The notes beneath the pieces are model-generated. The model ran no database searches, had not been told where the DNA came from, and saw only the letters and a program-made list of their open reading frames with translations. A stretch of 64,000 bases of DNA, taken from IMG/VR virus record IMGVR_UViG_3300041405_000225, positions 15,834-79,833 of that record; one strand, 5' to 3'. Both the position numbers and the translations under genes were made by a program. Of this stretch, positions 10,282 to 19,458 are shown in pieces; position 1 is the stretch's first letter; each line of letters begins with the position of its first letter. Origin of the DNA: a virus.

Positions 10282-10452
10282 CTAAATCTTGAGCCGCAGC
10301 TGGGCGCGGTCGCATTCGTTTTCACCGTGCGGCAGCTTGTGGGCATGTACCTCACAGTTCCGACGCTTGCAGTCACGGCAGTAGGTGTAGGCGGGGGCTT
10401 TTTTGGTCCGCCGCCAGGTGACGCGATCGCTTTCGCAAAATCGACAATCCAT
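10282..10452 (-). CDS. Small Zn-ribbon protein (56 aa, not in ORF track)
   Basis: Manual translation MDCRFCES...YCRDCKRRNC..., two CxxC; fills the gap. Confidence 0.55.
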   Translation of the reverse strand: MDCRFCESDRVTWRRTKKAPAYTYCRDCKRRNCEVHAHKLPHGENECDRAQLRLKI

Positions 10453-10469
10453 GTAGTCCGTTCCGGGTC

Positions 10470-10480
10470 TATCCCCGGAC
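10470..10480. promoter_or_regulatory. Dispersed 11-bp motif TATCCCCGGAC (also 14322, 30586, 35207; reverse at 61386; variants at 6525, 13115, 31231)
   Basis: Five exact copies, intergenic or at gene boundaries. Confidence 0.6.
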
Positions 10481-11775
10481 TACACGGGGCGTGCGTCGAT
10501 CATCGCCTGCGCGTACACCCACCGGCGATCAGCAAAGGCGGCCATGCTTTCGTCTTTTTCCTGCACCAGCGGACAGGTAAGCGCGAAGTCGTCACGCAGC
10601 TCGATCAGGAATTTGTCCAGGGGCTTGGCTGACGGGCGCGTGTCCGGGTTCGGGCACGCGCCTGGGTCTGCAACCGGGGGCGCCTTCTTCTCGACTGCAA
10701 TCGGCAGTTCAGTGCTGTGGAAGGCCAAGGAAATGGCTTCGAAGAGGTCCGCCGCTTCCGCATGCTCATGTTTCCAGTCATCTGGCTTGTCCACCCGAAA
10801 ACGCCCGGTGTCATCAACGTGATACGGCACTTTCAAACCCAAATGTTCCAGCACCGTTTCGTAGTTGGCGGGGCGCAGACTCTGCGGGATGGCCAGCTTT
10901 ACAATGCCGGACTTGATGGCTTGGGCAGCAAGCACACTGCATTCAGCGCGCCGGTTGAAAAAGCGCCCACTGGTGCCACGCTTGGCCAGTGACTGGCCCA
11001 TCATCAGGCCGTAACGGCTGACTGTCGGGCTCGCGAAGGTTTGCAGGCACTGAAGAAAAAACGCACCCATTCCCTTTGCATCCACAAGGATGGTGGCATT
11101 CGGTAGTGCTGCCGCGCGCTGGAACAGCTCAGCCGCTTGCTGCTTAATGTCGCCGCTGCCTGTGTAAAGCGGATAATCGACCACCTCAACGAAACGGCGG
11201 GACTGGGGGCCGTCGTAGACTTTCATATGGGCGACAACGGTATTACCAGGGCGCACGCCGTCGGATACGCGCACACCGAATACGTCATGCGCCTCCACTC
11301 CTTTCGGGACAGGGCTGTCGATATCGAGGGCGCGCAGAAGGTCGCCTTCATCGAGAAGGAACGCGCTCGGCGATTGCGCAGGCTTCTGGAGAATCGCCGG
11401 CACCTCTGTATTGGCCGCCGGGGCGGAATGTTGCAGCTTGCCACCAATCACGGTTTGCACTGGATTTGGCTCCTTGGTGCGCACGATCTCTTTGATGGCG
11501 CTGGCCATAGGGGACGTCAGGAAGCTATTCAGCACCCGGCGCAGGCGATAGTGGGTCTGTGCGTAGCGCGATTTGCGGCCAAAACTTTCCTGGACTGATA
11601 CGGGCTTGCAGCCTGGGATCTCGACCCAGTAATGCACTCCGCGGGCGATGTTGGCGTGGTCGGGCGCCGTGACCGCGAACCCTTGGGTGATCAGCCACTG
11701 CCTGAATGCCGACACGTTGCTGGCCAGCAACAGATCGGTGTCATGCGTTCCCTTTGCCTTGGCGGTATTGCCCAT
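10480..11775 (-). CDS. Fusion protein with degenerate TerL nuclease (RNase H-fold) domain
   Basis: VEVVDYPLY, PNATILVD, RFFNRRAEC, AIKSGIVKLA, VPY..DDTGRF and ADLFE align with TerL C-domain; first catalytic Asp replaced. Confidence 0.85.
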   Translation of the reverse strand: MGNTAKAKGTHDTDLLLASNVSAFRQWLITQGFAVTAPDHANIARGVHYWVEIPGCKPVSVQESFGRKSRYAQTHYRLRRVLNSFLTSPMASAIKEIVRTKEPNPVQTVIGGKLQHSAPAANTEVPAILQKPAQSPSAFLLDEGDLLRALDIDSPVPKGVEAHDVFGVRVSDGVRPGNTVVAHMKVYDGPQSRRFVEVVDYPLYTGSGDIKQQAAELFQRAAALPNATILVDAKGMGAFFLQCLQTFASPTVSRYGLMMGQSLAKRGTSGRFFNRRAECSVLAAQAIKSGIVKLAIPQSLRPANYETVLEHLGLKVPYHVDDTGRFRVDKPDDWKHEHAEAADLFEAISLAFHSTELPIAVEKKAPPVADPGACPNPDTRPSAKPLDKFLIELRDDFALTCPLVQEKDESMAAFADRRWVYAQAMIDARPV

Positions 11776-12065
11776 CAGTCAGCTCCTAACGTGTTGGCCA
11801 TGAACGGCCTTAGATTTTCGATTCGCCCTGGCCGGCTGGCCTTCGGGCGCACTTCAACAATGGGCTTGATCCAGAGCTGTCCGGTTTTGAACAGGAACAG
11901 CTCCCACAGCCCCAACTTCATCTTGGTCGTACCCTTCTCGTACAGGCGCCAAGACTCACGGCTCACGTAAATCAGTTCCCCGGCAGCGCTCTCACTCAGG
12001 TTCCGGTTTTTCCGGGCCTTGCGGATGTTCTGCGGGGTTGGCTGCCGATCGGCGTTAAGCGTCAT
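11775..12065 (-). CDS. XRE-like HTH protein
   Basis: PTPQNIRKARK..LSESAAGELIYVSRESWRLYEKG. Confidence 0.75.
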   Translation of the reverse strand: MTLNADRQPTPQNIRKARKNRNLSESAAGELIYVSRESWRLYEKGTTKMKLGLWELFLFKTGQLWIKPIVEVRPKASRPGRIENLRPFMANTLGAD

Positions 12066-13183
12066 GCGTCACCACCATTGTCCAAAGCGGCGATCTCGGC
12101 TTGGCGCTGGGCCATGGCTTCTCGCTGGGCATTTGTTTGTTCCAGGCCGAGGCGATACGCCTCATTAAGTCGCTCTGTGTCCACTTGGGCCGCGGGTGGC
12201 TGTGCCGGCTCGATGTTCATGTTGAAGATCCGTCCCAGCATTTCCAGATACGGGCGAGCGTCGTAAACCTTCATTTCAAGCCCGTCCTTGGTTTCTTTCA
12301 CGCCGCCGTACAGCGCCAGCGCGCCAGGTGAAAGGTGGCGGGTGTCCTTGAGCACGAGCTGGCCGATACCGTTGCCATTGCACTCAGGGCAGTCCGGGTG
12401 CGGATCCAGATTGGTGTCAAAGCCCAGTCCGCCCAGTTCGTCGAACACCGGTGGCTTGCGCTTCATATGCTTGGCTTCAGCCACCAGCTCTTGGTGCCGG
12501 GCCTTTCTCGCTTCCAGTTCACGCGGGGTCATCTGGTAGCGGAAATCCTTGCCATGGCAGCACCGACAGCACTTGTAGATGTATTCCACCAGTTCGCGGG
12601 GATCAGCCATGGCCGCGCCGTAGATCCGCTGAATCACACGCCCGGTGATTTCCTCGGTCTTGGCGAACAGCTCCGCGCGCTTGGCCAGGGTGTAGGGATG
12701 TTCCTTAACCTTCTTTAACAGGCGACTGGCTGCCGCAGCGGCTACGGCGTCGGATTTGCACTCGTAGCCCGCATCTAGATACGCCTGAGTGCCGTTTTGA
12801 GTGACCAGCCAAAGGTCGACAAACTTCGCTTGGCGGGCGTCTAAATCGTGGAGACTCCCAGCCTGCAAGGCTTCCAGCTCTTTGGTGTTCAGCTTTACGG
12901 CTTTCTTTACTCGGGTACTCCCACCGGTTTTGCGTGGCGGTTTGGTCGGTGCGGGCGCAGCTGTAGCCCCTGCCGCTGGCTTGGTCGCGGCGGGCCTCTT
13001 GGGTTTTGCTGGGGCTTTTTTCGATGCCTTTGCAGGGGCCGTTTTTAGAACGCGACCAGCCCTCACCTTAACTTCTGGCTTTTGAGGGGGTGTAAACACG
13101 GGCCGGCCAGTATCGTCCGGGGATTGTTTATCCTCGGCAGATTTGGATTGAACATCAGTACCCTCGATCTTTTTCCGTGCCAC
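12062..13183 (-). CDS. Terminase small subunit with Zn finger and K/A/P-rich N-terminus
   Basis: LDARQAKFVD..NGTQAYLDAGY..AASRLL HTH; CCRCCHG...CPECNG. Confidence 0.85.
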   Translation of the reverse strand: MARKKIEGTDVQSKSAEDKQSPDDTGRPVFTPPQKPEVKVRAGRVLKTAPAKASKKAPAKPKRPAATKPAAGATAAPAPTKPPRKTGGSTRVKKAVKLNTKELEALQAGSLHDLDARQAKFVDLWLVTQNGTQAYLDAGYECKSDAVAAAAASRLLKKVKEHPYTLAKRAELFAKTEEITGRVIQRIYGAAMADPRELVEYIYKCCRCCHGKDFRYQMTPRELEARKARHQELVAEAKHMKRKPPVFDELGGLGFDTNLDPHPDCPECNGNGIGQLVLKDTRHLSPGALALYGGVKETKDGLEMKVYDARPYLEMLGRIFNMNIEPAQPPAAQVDTERLNEAYRLGLEQTNAQREAMAQRQAEIAALDNGGDA

Positions 13184-13256
13184 TTGTCAGCAACCTTAAT
13201 GCAAAGTTTCTTGGCTATCGACCACGTAAAAACCGCAACTTTCTGCACGCATGGCG

Positions 13257-13279
13257 CAAAAAAACCCGCAACCGCGGGC
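13257..13279 (-). terminator. Intrinsic terminator upstream of terS
   Basis: Minus strand CCCGCGGTTGCGGG followed by T7. Confidence 0.6.
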
Positions 13280-13530
13280 CAGAATCCTAGAAGGATCAGC
13301 CCGCCGAAACGGGCTCCCCAATGCCGTATAGGGGACGCCACGGCGGGCGCTGCAATGGTGTCGAGCCATTTCCCCAATTTTGACCGTTATCCAACATCGG
13401 CTACCTGATGAAGCCTCCCTGTCGAAAGACTTCAAAAGCTCGGGACCGTGTGGCATCCCTTACCCAGCACCTAGCGCACGACAGCCCGGCATGGCCACCC
13501 TATGCCGGGTGGCTGACTTACAAACCGGTG

Positions 13531-14283
13531 TTAAAACAGGGCTTGCTGTACAGCTTCACTCACCTGTTGCACCGTGCAGACAGGATGATCGAATTCGATA
13601 AGGGCAGATTCGCGTTGTTTGCTTGCAATTCGGTCTTTCACTGACACCGACAGCTCGGAGATAAGGCGCTCCAACTTGCCACCACCACGCAGGCCTTCAA
13701 ACGCCGAACCGTGATGCTTGCGGATGACCGCCAATGCATCGCTCAGCTCGATGGAGATTTCAGCCACTCGGCCCAGCAGCACGCGATCCATGCTCGCGCC
13801 TTCGACGCTGATTGCCGTCACTCGGGCCAAGCCTTCCAGATAACGCTGGTTGTATTTGCCAAGAACTGCCGTCAAGACGCCCGTAATCAGGGCCTGATTG
13901 CCCTCTTCAGGGGCCAGTCCAAGATCATCAGTGCGACCCAGCAGATAGTCGGTGGTGACTTCGTAAAGATCGGCCAGCACCTGAAGATTTTTCAGACTCG
14001 GCGATCGGTGACCATTTTCGAAGAGGCTGATCATCGTCAGATTGGAATGACCGAGACGCTTAGCCACTTCCAAATCCTTGAGGCCAGCGGCCCGGCGGGC
14101 TCTCACAAGGCGACTGGCAACAACATCGCGCAGGGCCTGCTCTTCATCCTTAGCGCGGCTCGATGGGCTCATGCCCTCCCCGCACTCATCAGGTTCAAAC
14201 ATGGCCAGGTTTGCAGGCGCAGCATCGAACTGCTCGCCCTCCACCAGCGCGATCCCTTCCCCGTTATCACCGTTCGCAGACAA
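13531..14283 (-). CDS. XRE-family transcriptional regulator
   Basis: RLVRARRAAGL..VAKRLG..ISLFENGHRSPS..LADLYEVTTDYLLG. Confidence 0.85.
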   Translation of the reverse strand: MSANGDNGEGIALVEGEQFDAAPANLAMFEPDECGEGMSPSSRAKDEEQALRDVVASRLVRARRAAGLKDLEVAKRLGHSNLTMISLFENGHRSPSLKNLQVLADLYEVTTDYLLGRTDDLGLAPEEGNQALITGVLTAVLGKYNQRYLEGLARVTAISVEGASMDRVLLGRVAEISIELSDALAVIRKHHGSAFEGLRGGGKLERLISELSVSVKDRIASKQRESALIEFDHPVCTVQQVSEAVQQALF

Positions 14284-14551
14284 TTTGGCGTCACCTTTTA
14301 GTCAGTGGCGCCATTAAATTGTATCCCCGGACCAATCGCAACCCCGAAATGCCTAAATAGTTCCCAATGACTGGTGGAACTTTTGCCAACTTCCTATTAT
14401 TTCAGGCGCCCCCGATTCTGAAGTTAAGCGCGTTTTTACCGACATTCCCCGACGGATCCAATCCGTTAGGCTCAAGGCTACCGCCTGTCAGGCTACGCCC
14501 GTAGCAATGCATGACACCCCCGAAAATAAAGGGCCCGCAACTGATCCGGTT

Positions 14552-14821
14552 TCAGCACAGCTCAGCCTGATTACGCTGATGGATCTCTATTAATAGCGTT
14601 TTTATGGCTTCGCAGCGCACTGGATCAATGGGTTCCAGCTGCGCCAGGAATGCCCGGCGGGCGTACAGGTCCAGACTCATCAGATAGTGCGCTTCGTAGC
14701 GATCGCGCAGGCCGCCACCTTCATGACAATAGCGTTTTGTTGGTGGATGGCATGAGCGGCAAAGCATGGCGTGATTTATATAAACCTCATGCGCCTCGTG
14801 CGTTGCCTCGTCCAGCAGCAT
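14552..14821 (-). CDS. Hypothetical protein (Cys/His motif)
   Basis: Coupled ORF. Confidence 0.55.
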   Translation of the reverse strand: MLLDEATHEAHEVYINHAMLCRSCHPPTKRYCHEGGGLRDRYEAHYLMSLDLYARRAFLAQLEPIDPVRCEAIKTLLIEIHQRNQAELC

Positions 14822-15330
14822 CAGAAATCCTCCATCTTCCAGGACGGATCGATATTTTTCCCCCCATCCACTTTCATGACGGCTATGAATTTGAATATCG
14901 GGAATTTTTCGGCAGCTACCTTGATCTTTACTCGCGCGTCATCAGTCCAAAATCCCTTCACTTCATGCACCTCCAGGTGCCCGCTGGCCAGCTGCACGAG
15001 AAAGTCCGGCGCATAGGTCGTTTTCGGGGCCAGCACCAGCTTGAAGGGCTCAAACTGGTACCACACCACCTCACCGATCATCCGGCGCCTCTCCAAATGC
15101 GCTTGGTAAAGTTCTTCGGTCTTATTCAGCTCGCCCGTTTTCAAGCGCCCCAGCGCCTGCATAGCCTTCATCCCGCCACCGGCTGCCGACTTCTTGCCCG
15201 ACGCTCCGGGCATGCGCATGTGTTCCGGTTCCTCACCCTTCTTGCCAGCTCCACGCCTACCCAGCGCCCTTTGAGTCATGGCCGGCGGCAGGCGGGCCAG
15301 ATCTTCTTCGCTGAATATCCGCTTGCTCAT
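14821..15330 (-). CDS. PD-(D/E)xK endonuclease (DUF1064-like)
   Basis: NKTE...YAPDF...HEVKGFWTDDARVKIKVAA. Confidence 0.8.
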   Translation of the reverse strand: MSKRIFSEEDLARLPPAMTQRALGRRGAGKKGEEPEHMRMPGASGKKSAAGGGMKAMQALGRLKTGELNKTEELYQAHLERRRMIGEVVWYQFEPFKLVLAPKTTYAPDFLVQLASGHLEVHEVKGFWTDDARVKIKVAAEKFPIFKFIAVMKVDGGKNIDPSWKMEDF

Positions 15331-15530
15331 TGCACCACCACGCCATCACAGCACCGGCAAGACCGCACAGAAGCGCGCGCACGCAACCAGAGCATGTAAT
15401 CGCGCTGCACCTGCGGCTCTTTGTATTCATCCAGGTTGCGCCCCATCGGGCCTTTCTTGCGATCAAATGGGCCTTCGTGGTCACACTCAAAATCACTACG
15501 GGCTTCATCGACTACTTCAAACGCGCTCAC
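15327..15530 (-). CDS. Small phage hypothetical protein
   Basis: Coupled ORF. Confidence 0.5.
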   Translation of the reverse strand: MSAFEVVDEARSDFECDHEGPFDRKKGPMGRNLDEYKEPQVQRDYMLWLRARASVRSCRCCDGVVVQ

Positions 15531-15661
15531 TTCACAGTCTCCAGACGATCGAACGGGGAACGGAACAGCTCCTGATCTGCGCTGGCCAATTTAATAGCGC
15601 GCACGGGGGCGCCACCCGCGGGGTTTGCAGGTGTTCGCAGTCAGTCAGAGAGTTGTGTGGA

Positions 15662-16462
15662 TCAGGCTTGCAGCTGCTGCTCGGGCGGTCTGTCCACTTG
15701 GCGGCGCAGATACACAGCGGCCAGATCCATCGGGAACAGCGAGCGCTCACCGCTCTGAATGGCTGTGTCGAGCGTCCACTGCCGTGTTTCAGTATTCATG
15801 CGATGCCAGCCTGTGTTTGGGAAATAGCCGAAGAACGACAGCACCTCAGTGGCTTCACACAACAGGAAGTGCGTGGCCATCGACTCTTCGTCCATCATTC
15901 GCTGGATCTCTTCCAAGTGGTACGAGCGCAAACCTCCCGGCAAGGCATGGCCGTTGTAAGCAATTGGTGGCTCCAGCCCCATGGATTCGCACCGCTCCAG
16001 ATGAAACGCCAGCGATCGGACAGGCCCGGCATCATCGTTCACGGCAAAGGCTGCATGCTTGAACAACCTGCGGGCGCGTGGCATGCGCTCTTCAGAGGCA
16101 GCTTCCACTGGCACCCGGGGCCGTGGCACCAACTTGGGATTGATCGTCGTCACCTGCGCCCCTGAGCCGCCCTGCAATTGATCGTCGGTGCTCGATGCAG
16201 GTCTCGGGGTGGATCTACCCGGCTTCAGCAGTTCAGGGCGCTCACGCAGCGGTAGAAAGCCTTCTTCACCAAGAATGACGCTACCAACGGCGCGCCCCAT
16301 TTCGATCTGGTCCATAACGAACTCAACAAGCGCCAGCCCGCGGGCCAACAACAGGTTCAGATTTTGGTGCCCGCAACGCTTCAGCAGCCCCTGCACGCGC
16401 ACCATGCTTTCGGGAGCCATAGAGAAAACGATTTCTTGCCGCTGTAGTGCCTGGCTGGTCAT
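15662..16462 (-). CDS. Hypothetical protein, possible N-terminal RHH
   Basis: Start MTSQALQ downstream of conserved promoter, with GAGG RBS. Confidence 0.6.
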   Translation of the reverse strand: MTSQALQRQEIVFSMAPESMVRVQGLLKRCGHQNLNLLLARGLALVEFVMDQIEMGRAVGSVILGEEGFLPLRERPELLKPGRSTPRPASSTDDQLQGGSGAQVTTINPKLVPRPRVPVEAASEERMPRARRLFKHAAFAVNDDAGPVRSLAFHLERCESMGLEPPIAYNGHALPGGLRSYHLEEIQRMMDEESMATHFLLCEATEVLSFFGYFPNTGWHRMNTETRQWTLDTAIQSGERSLFPMDLAAVYLRRQVDRPPEQQLQA

Positions 16463-16493
16463 GGGTACCTCTGAGCGTGTTGATTTGATATGC

Positions 16494-16540
16494 GACATAA
16501 TGACATAAAGACAACATATCACAATAGCGTTTGTATGTTT
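16494..16540 (-). promoter_or_regulatory. Conserved 47-bp early promoter/operator, copy 1
   Basis: AAACATAnAArCGCTATTGTGAT-N12-TGYCATTATGTC shared with 19909 and 28655. Confidence 0.75.
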
Positions 16541-16618
16541 TCCGTTGTTTGCCTCCCCTTCGATCGCCAGACATAAAAAAGCCCGCACGCGGCGGGCTCA
16601 TCAGTAAATCGGTCTACC

Positions 16619-16864
16619 TCAACTGGGCACGGGCTCTTCGGCTTCAGCGTCCTGCACCAGCTTGTTCAGGCCGCCAATCAACTCGCCAACGGCGCTGGTG
16701 TAGGTTTCCTCTGCCTTGGCGCACGCCCGCAGCACTTTGTTGCGGCGGCTGGCAGACAGCTGGGTCGCTCCGGCAAGCTCGGTGATGGCTTTGCGGTGCT
16801 CTGCGCTGGCTTCATTGACCGGATCTAGGAAGCGGCGCAGGTATACGGTTTCAATTTTTGCCAT
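16619..16864 (-). CDS. Hypothetical protein
   Basis: Start MAKIETV; followed by terminator near 16575-16598. Confidence 0.55.
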   Translation of the reverse strand: MAKIETVYLRRFLDPVNEASAEHRKAITELAGATQLSASRRNKVLRACAKAEETYTSAVGELIGGLNKLVQDAEAEEPVPS

Positions 16865-17081
16865 ATCGGCTCTGTCCTGGCTCGTCGAACTTGTGTGTCT
16901 GTACATACTGGATAAGGGCAATGCAGGCCGGGCAATCAACCATTGCGTCCGTGGGCAGGGCCTGATCGATATCCCCCTTCTGGCAGCCGCAAAGCGTGAT
17001 GTATCCGATCCTGCCGACGTAATGTGTTTGATCACGGGCCGGGTGATAGACCTTTTCCGCAATGGGCAATTGCTTAGCCAT
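16851..17081 (-). CDS. Hypothetical Zn-binding protein
   Basis: TLCG...CPAC; GGAGG RBS. Confidence 0.6.
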   Translation of the reverse strand: MAKQLPIAEKVYHPARDQTHYVGRIGYITLCGCQKGDIDQALPTDAMVDCPACIALIQYVQTHKFDEPGQSRYGKN

Positions 17082-17137
17082 GGTTTTCTACCTCCAGTCG
17101 ATCGCACTCAGTTGCGAGTGGTTGAACATAAACGGCG

Positions 17138-17389
17138 TTACTCGTAACGCGACGGGCGGCTGCCTTCGGCAATGATCGCGTCGATCATCCCGGGCGCATC
17201 GCCAATCTTGTGCATGGCGTCCTCGGCGAACTGCTCAAACCAGCGGACGTTTAGGCGGACCACCTCGACAAACGTCAGCTCGCCACTGTCCAGCTCTTCT
17301 TGGTGAATCGGCTCGAAACCGGTGGCGTCTTCGTAGGTCTTGAGCCAGGCGGCTTGCTCAGCGGTGATGTTCTTGGCATAGACGGCCAT
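17138..17389 (-). CDS. Hypothetical protein
   Basis: Start MAVYAKN with AGGA RBS. Confidence 0.55.
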   Translation of the reverse strand: MAVYAKNITAEQAAWLKTYEDATGFEPIHQEELDSGELTFVEVVRLNVRWFEQFAEDAMHKIGDAPGMIDAIIAEGSRPSRYE

Positions 17390-17411
17390 GGCGGGGGATC
17401 CTTTCTGTTGG

Positions 17412-17660
17412 TTATTCGAAGCGCTGGACCCCGGCCGATCCTTCGCCGGTAATCGCGCCGAGGTTGTGCAGTGTCTGCATCTGGAACTTGTGGCCGCAGT
17501 CTTCACACGACACCAGGCTGTAACGCTGATTGCCGTTGTCACCGGACGACGCCATGGCTCCCCACGCGCCGCCCATGGCGTGCTCTTCTGTCATGGTGAA
17601 GCTATAGCCGGATTGGCCGCCGCACTTCGGGCAGCCGTTTTCGGGGGTGTATGCAGTCAT
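17412..17660 (-). CDS. Zn-ribbon hypothetical protein
   Basis: CPKCGG...CEDCG. Confidence 0.6.
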   Translation of the reverse strand: MTAYTPENGCPKCGGQSGYSFTMTEEHAMGGAWGAMASSGDNGNQRYSLVSCEDCGHKFQMQTLHNLGAITGEGSAGVQRFE

Positions 17661-17692
17661 GGCGGCGGGGGTTCCTTATCGTATGGTTCGGC

Positions 17693-17896
17693 TTACCAGG
17701 CGACATCTTGTCGGTATTCCAACTCAGCCCAATCCAGCCACTCTTTCTGAACCGCCGCGTCGACATAAACACCGCCGGTCGTGGCCAGGTTGGTCGCGGG
17801 ATTTTCGGCGCGTTTTTTGGCTTCAAACTTTGGCCGATAGCCTTCGCGAAAATCTTCGGGGGACAATAATTTTTTGAGCCTGGACATTACACGCAT
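17693..17896 (-). CDS. Small phage hypothetical protein
   Basis: Operon context. Confidence 0.5.
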   Translation of the reverse strand: MRVMSRLKKLLSPEDFREGYRPKFEAKKRAENPATNLATTGGVYVDAAVQKEWLDWAELEYRQDVAW

Positions 17897-18010
17897 CGCG
17901 CTCGGCCTTATGTTGATTGAGATAAAAGTCTAACCATTGTGACACGACCTACGCTGCCTTCAGTCGACATGAACGGGTTCCTGTTCAGTTCATTATGGGT
18001 AACGTGCGGC

Positions 18011-18250
18011 CTAGTCTTCGCGTTCCAGGCGCAGCGCCGCTTTTCCTTCGACCCACTCGGCCTTGCGCCGCCATTCGTCAGCTTCGGCCTGTTCAACGGC
18101 CCCAACCGCGACCATGGCGTCGACATACCCGGCGGCATAGGTCTTGTTGCGCTCGACGTCCTCCAGGGACACGGCGCTTTCGATATCGGTGATTTGCGCC
18201 TGCACCTGGGCGCGGATCGTCTCGCGGTCTTCCGGGGTAAAGGTCGGCAT
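18011..18250 (-). CDS. Hypothetical protein
   Basis: AGGAG RBS. Confidence 0.6.
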   Translation of the reverse strand: MPTFTPEDRETIRAQVQAQITDIESAVSLEDVERNKTYAAGYVDAMVAVGAVEQAEADEWRRKAEWVEGKAALRLERED

Positions 18251-18262
18251 GGCGGGGCTCCT

Positions 18263-18496
18263 TTAACTGTTCAATTCGCGGGTCAAGGCGTCTTCAACGT
18301 GGTGACTGTAAGCAGAGTCGGCCAGCTCGCGCAGGTCGTGAGCTTCCTCCGGATCTATCAAGCCTTTGGCTTTCATTTGATCGACCTCATTGCGCAACTC
18401 AGCATTCCACACATCCAGCTGGTCGGTAGCCACCGTGCTGTCCAAACGCTCTTTCCAGTCCGCCAGCCGGCGCTCTCTTTCTGTTGTATCAGTCAT
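18263..18496 (-). CDS. Hypothetical protein
   Basis: GGGAG RBS. Confidence 0.6.
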   Translation of the reverse strand: MTDTTERERRLADWKERLDSTVATDQLDVWNAELRNEVDQMKAKGLIDPEEAHDLRELADSAYSHHVEDALTRELNS

Positions 18497-18591
18497 GGCA
18501 GTGCTCCCCTCTCAAATGTCCGTCTTTTACACCTGGTGTAAAGGGGGTCAGAGATTGCCGGTAGTAGCAAGATTAGACCCATGCCAGAATA

Positions 18592-18607
18592 CTGGATATA
18601 CATACAG
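18592..18607. promoter_or_regulatory. LexA (SOS) box CTGGATATACATACAG
   Basis: CTG-N10-CAG with AT-rich core, 16 nt upstream of the ATG at 18624. Confidence 0.8.
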
Positions 18608-18623
18608 ATATCAGGTATCAATC

Positions 18624-18872
18624 ATGGCCCGTGAATTACCGCCATTCCGGCCTGTCACGCTGGACGAATTGCGTTCAATCTGGTCCCAACATCCTAACTC
18701 TGACATTCAGCGTCTGGTGCTTGAGATCGTGCGCTACAGGGATGTTATCGCTGAAGTCGATCACCTTTACAAAACCACCCACCAGGCTTGGCGCGAAACC
18801 CACGGAGGCAACCTCATTGCCCTGCACCTGCTACAGAAACTCCTTAATGCAGAGCAGGAACGGCTGGCTTGA
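18624..18872 (+). CDS. Small SOS-regulated hypothetical protein (82 aa)
   Basis: MARELPPFRPVTLDELR...; counter-oriented gene behind a LexA box. Confidence 0.7.
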   Translation: MARELPPFRPVTLDELRSIWSQHPNSDIQRLVLEIVRYRDVIAEVDHLYKTTHQAWRETHGGNLIALHLLQKLLNAEQERLA

Positions 18873-18884
18873 GCGGTGCCGACG

Positions 18885-19115
18885 TCAGTGACGTACGGGA
18901 GCGGGAATATCGCCCAGGCTGGCCGCCAACAACTCAACGCTTTCGGCAGTCTTCTCCAGCTCCATCAGCGCCCTCGCCTTCGATTTTGCATAGGCCGGGT
19001 CGTCTTTATCAGGGTATTGCTCAATCGCAAATCGGGTGATCTCCAGACTTGCGCGCATTTCCACGACCTTCTGTCGAGCCTCTTCCAAATACTTATCAGT
19101 CATTGCAGGTTCCAT
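18885..19115 (-). CDS. Hypothetical protein
   Basis: ORF track. Confidence 0.5.
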   Translation of the reverse strand: MEPAMTDKYLEEARQKVVEMRASLEITRFAIEQYPDKDDPAYAKSKARALMELEKTAESVELLAASLGDIPAPVRH

Positions 19116-19212
19116 ACGATTGGCTTATTGCGGCGCTGGCCAGGGTGCTGTGCAGCAATGTGAGCGCCAACTGGAAAAGTCTTTCCAGTTAGGTGCAAAG
19201 TTTTTCTGATGG

Positions 19213-19458
19213 CTATGCGCCCCCGCTGTCGCGGTAGCAGCCGTAATGCCTTACATGCGTCGTTCCCACATGGTCGCTATTGCTCCGCGCCAGGATCGCC
19301 TCGCACGACGACGACCGGCGCATTTCGTCTTGTAGGGCTTCGTCATCGACCGAGGCATACACGTTGTCGTCGATACCGACCAGTACCAGCCCTGCGCGCT
19401 TGATGCGTAGCAGCGCCGTCTCAAGCTGCTTGATGGCGTCGATTTGATTCTTTTTCAT
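19213..19458 (-). CDS. Hypothetical protein
   Basis: Coupled ORF. Confidence 0.55.
   Translation of the reverse strand: MKKNQIDAIKQLETALLRIKRAGLVLVGIDDNVYASVDDEALQDEMRRSSSCEAILARSNSDHVGTTHVRHYGCYRDSGGA

Noticed and set aside
12062-13250. P1-type Dam-dependent pac site in terS
   Set aside because: No TGATCA/G cluster seen; pac site cannot be located
13406-13430. CTGATGA...GAAA resembling a hammerhead ribozyme core
   Set aside because: The intervening bases cannot form stem II
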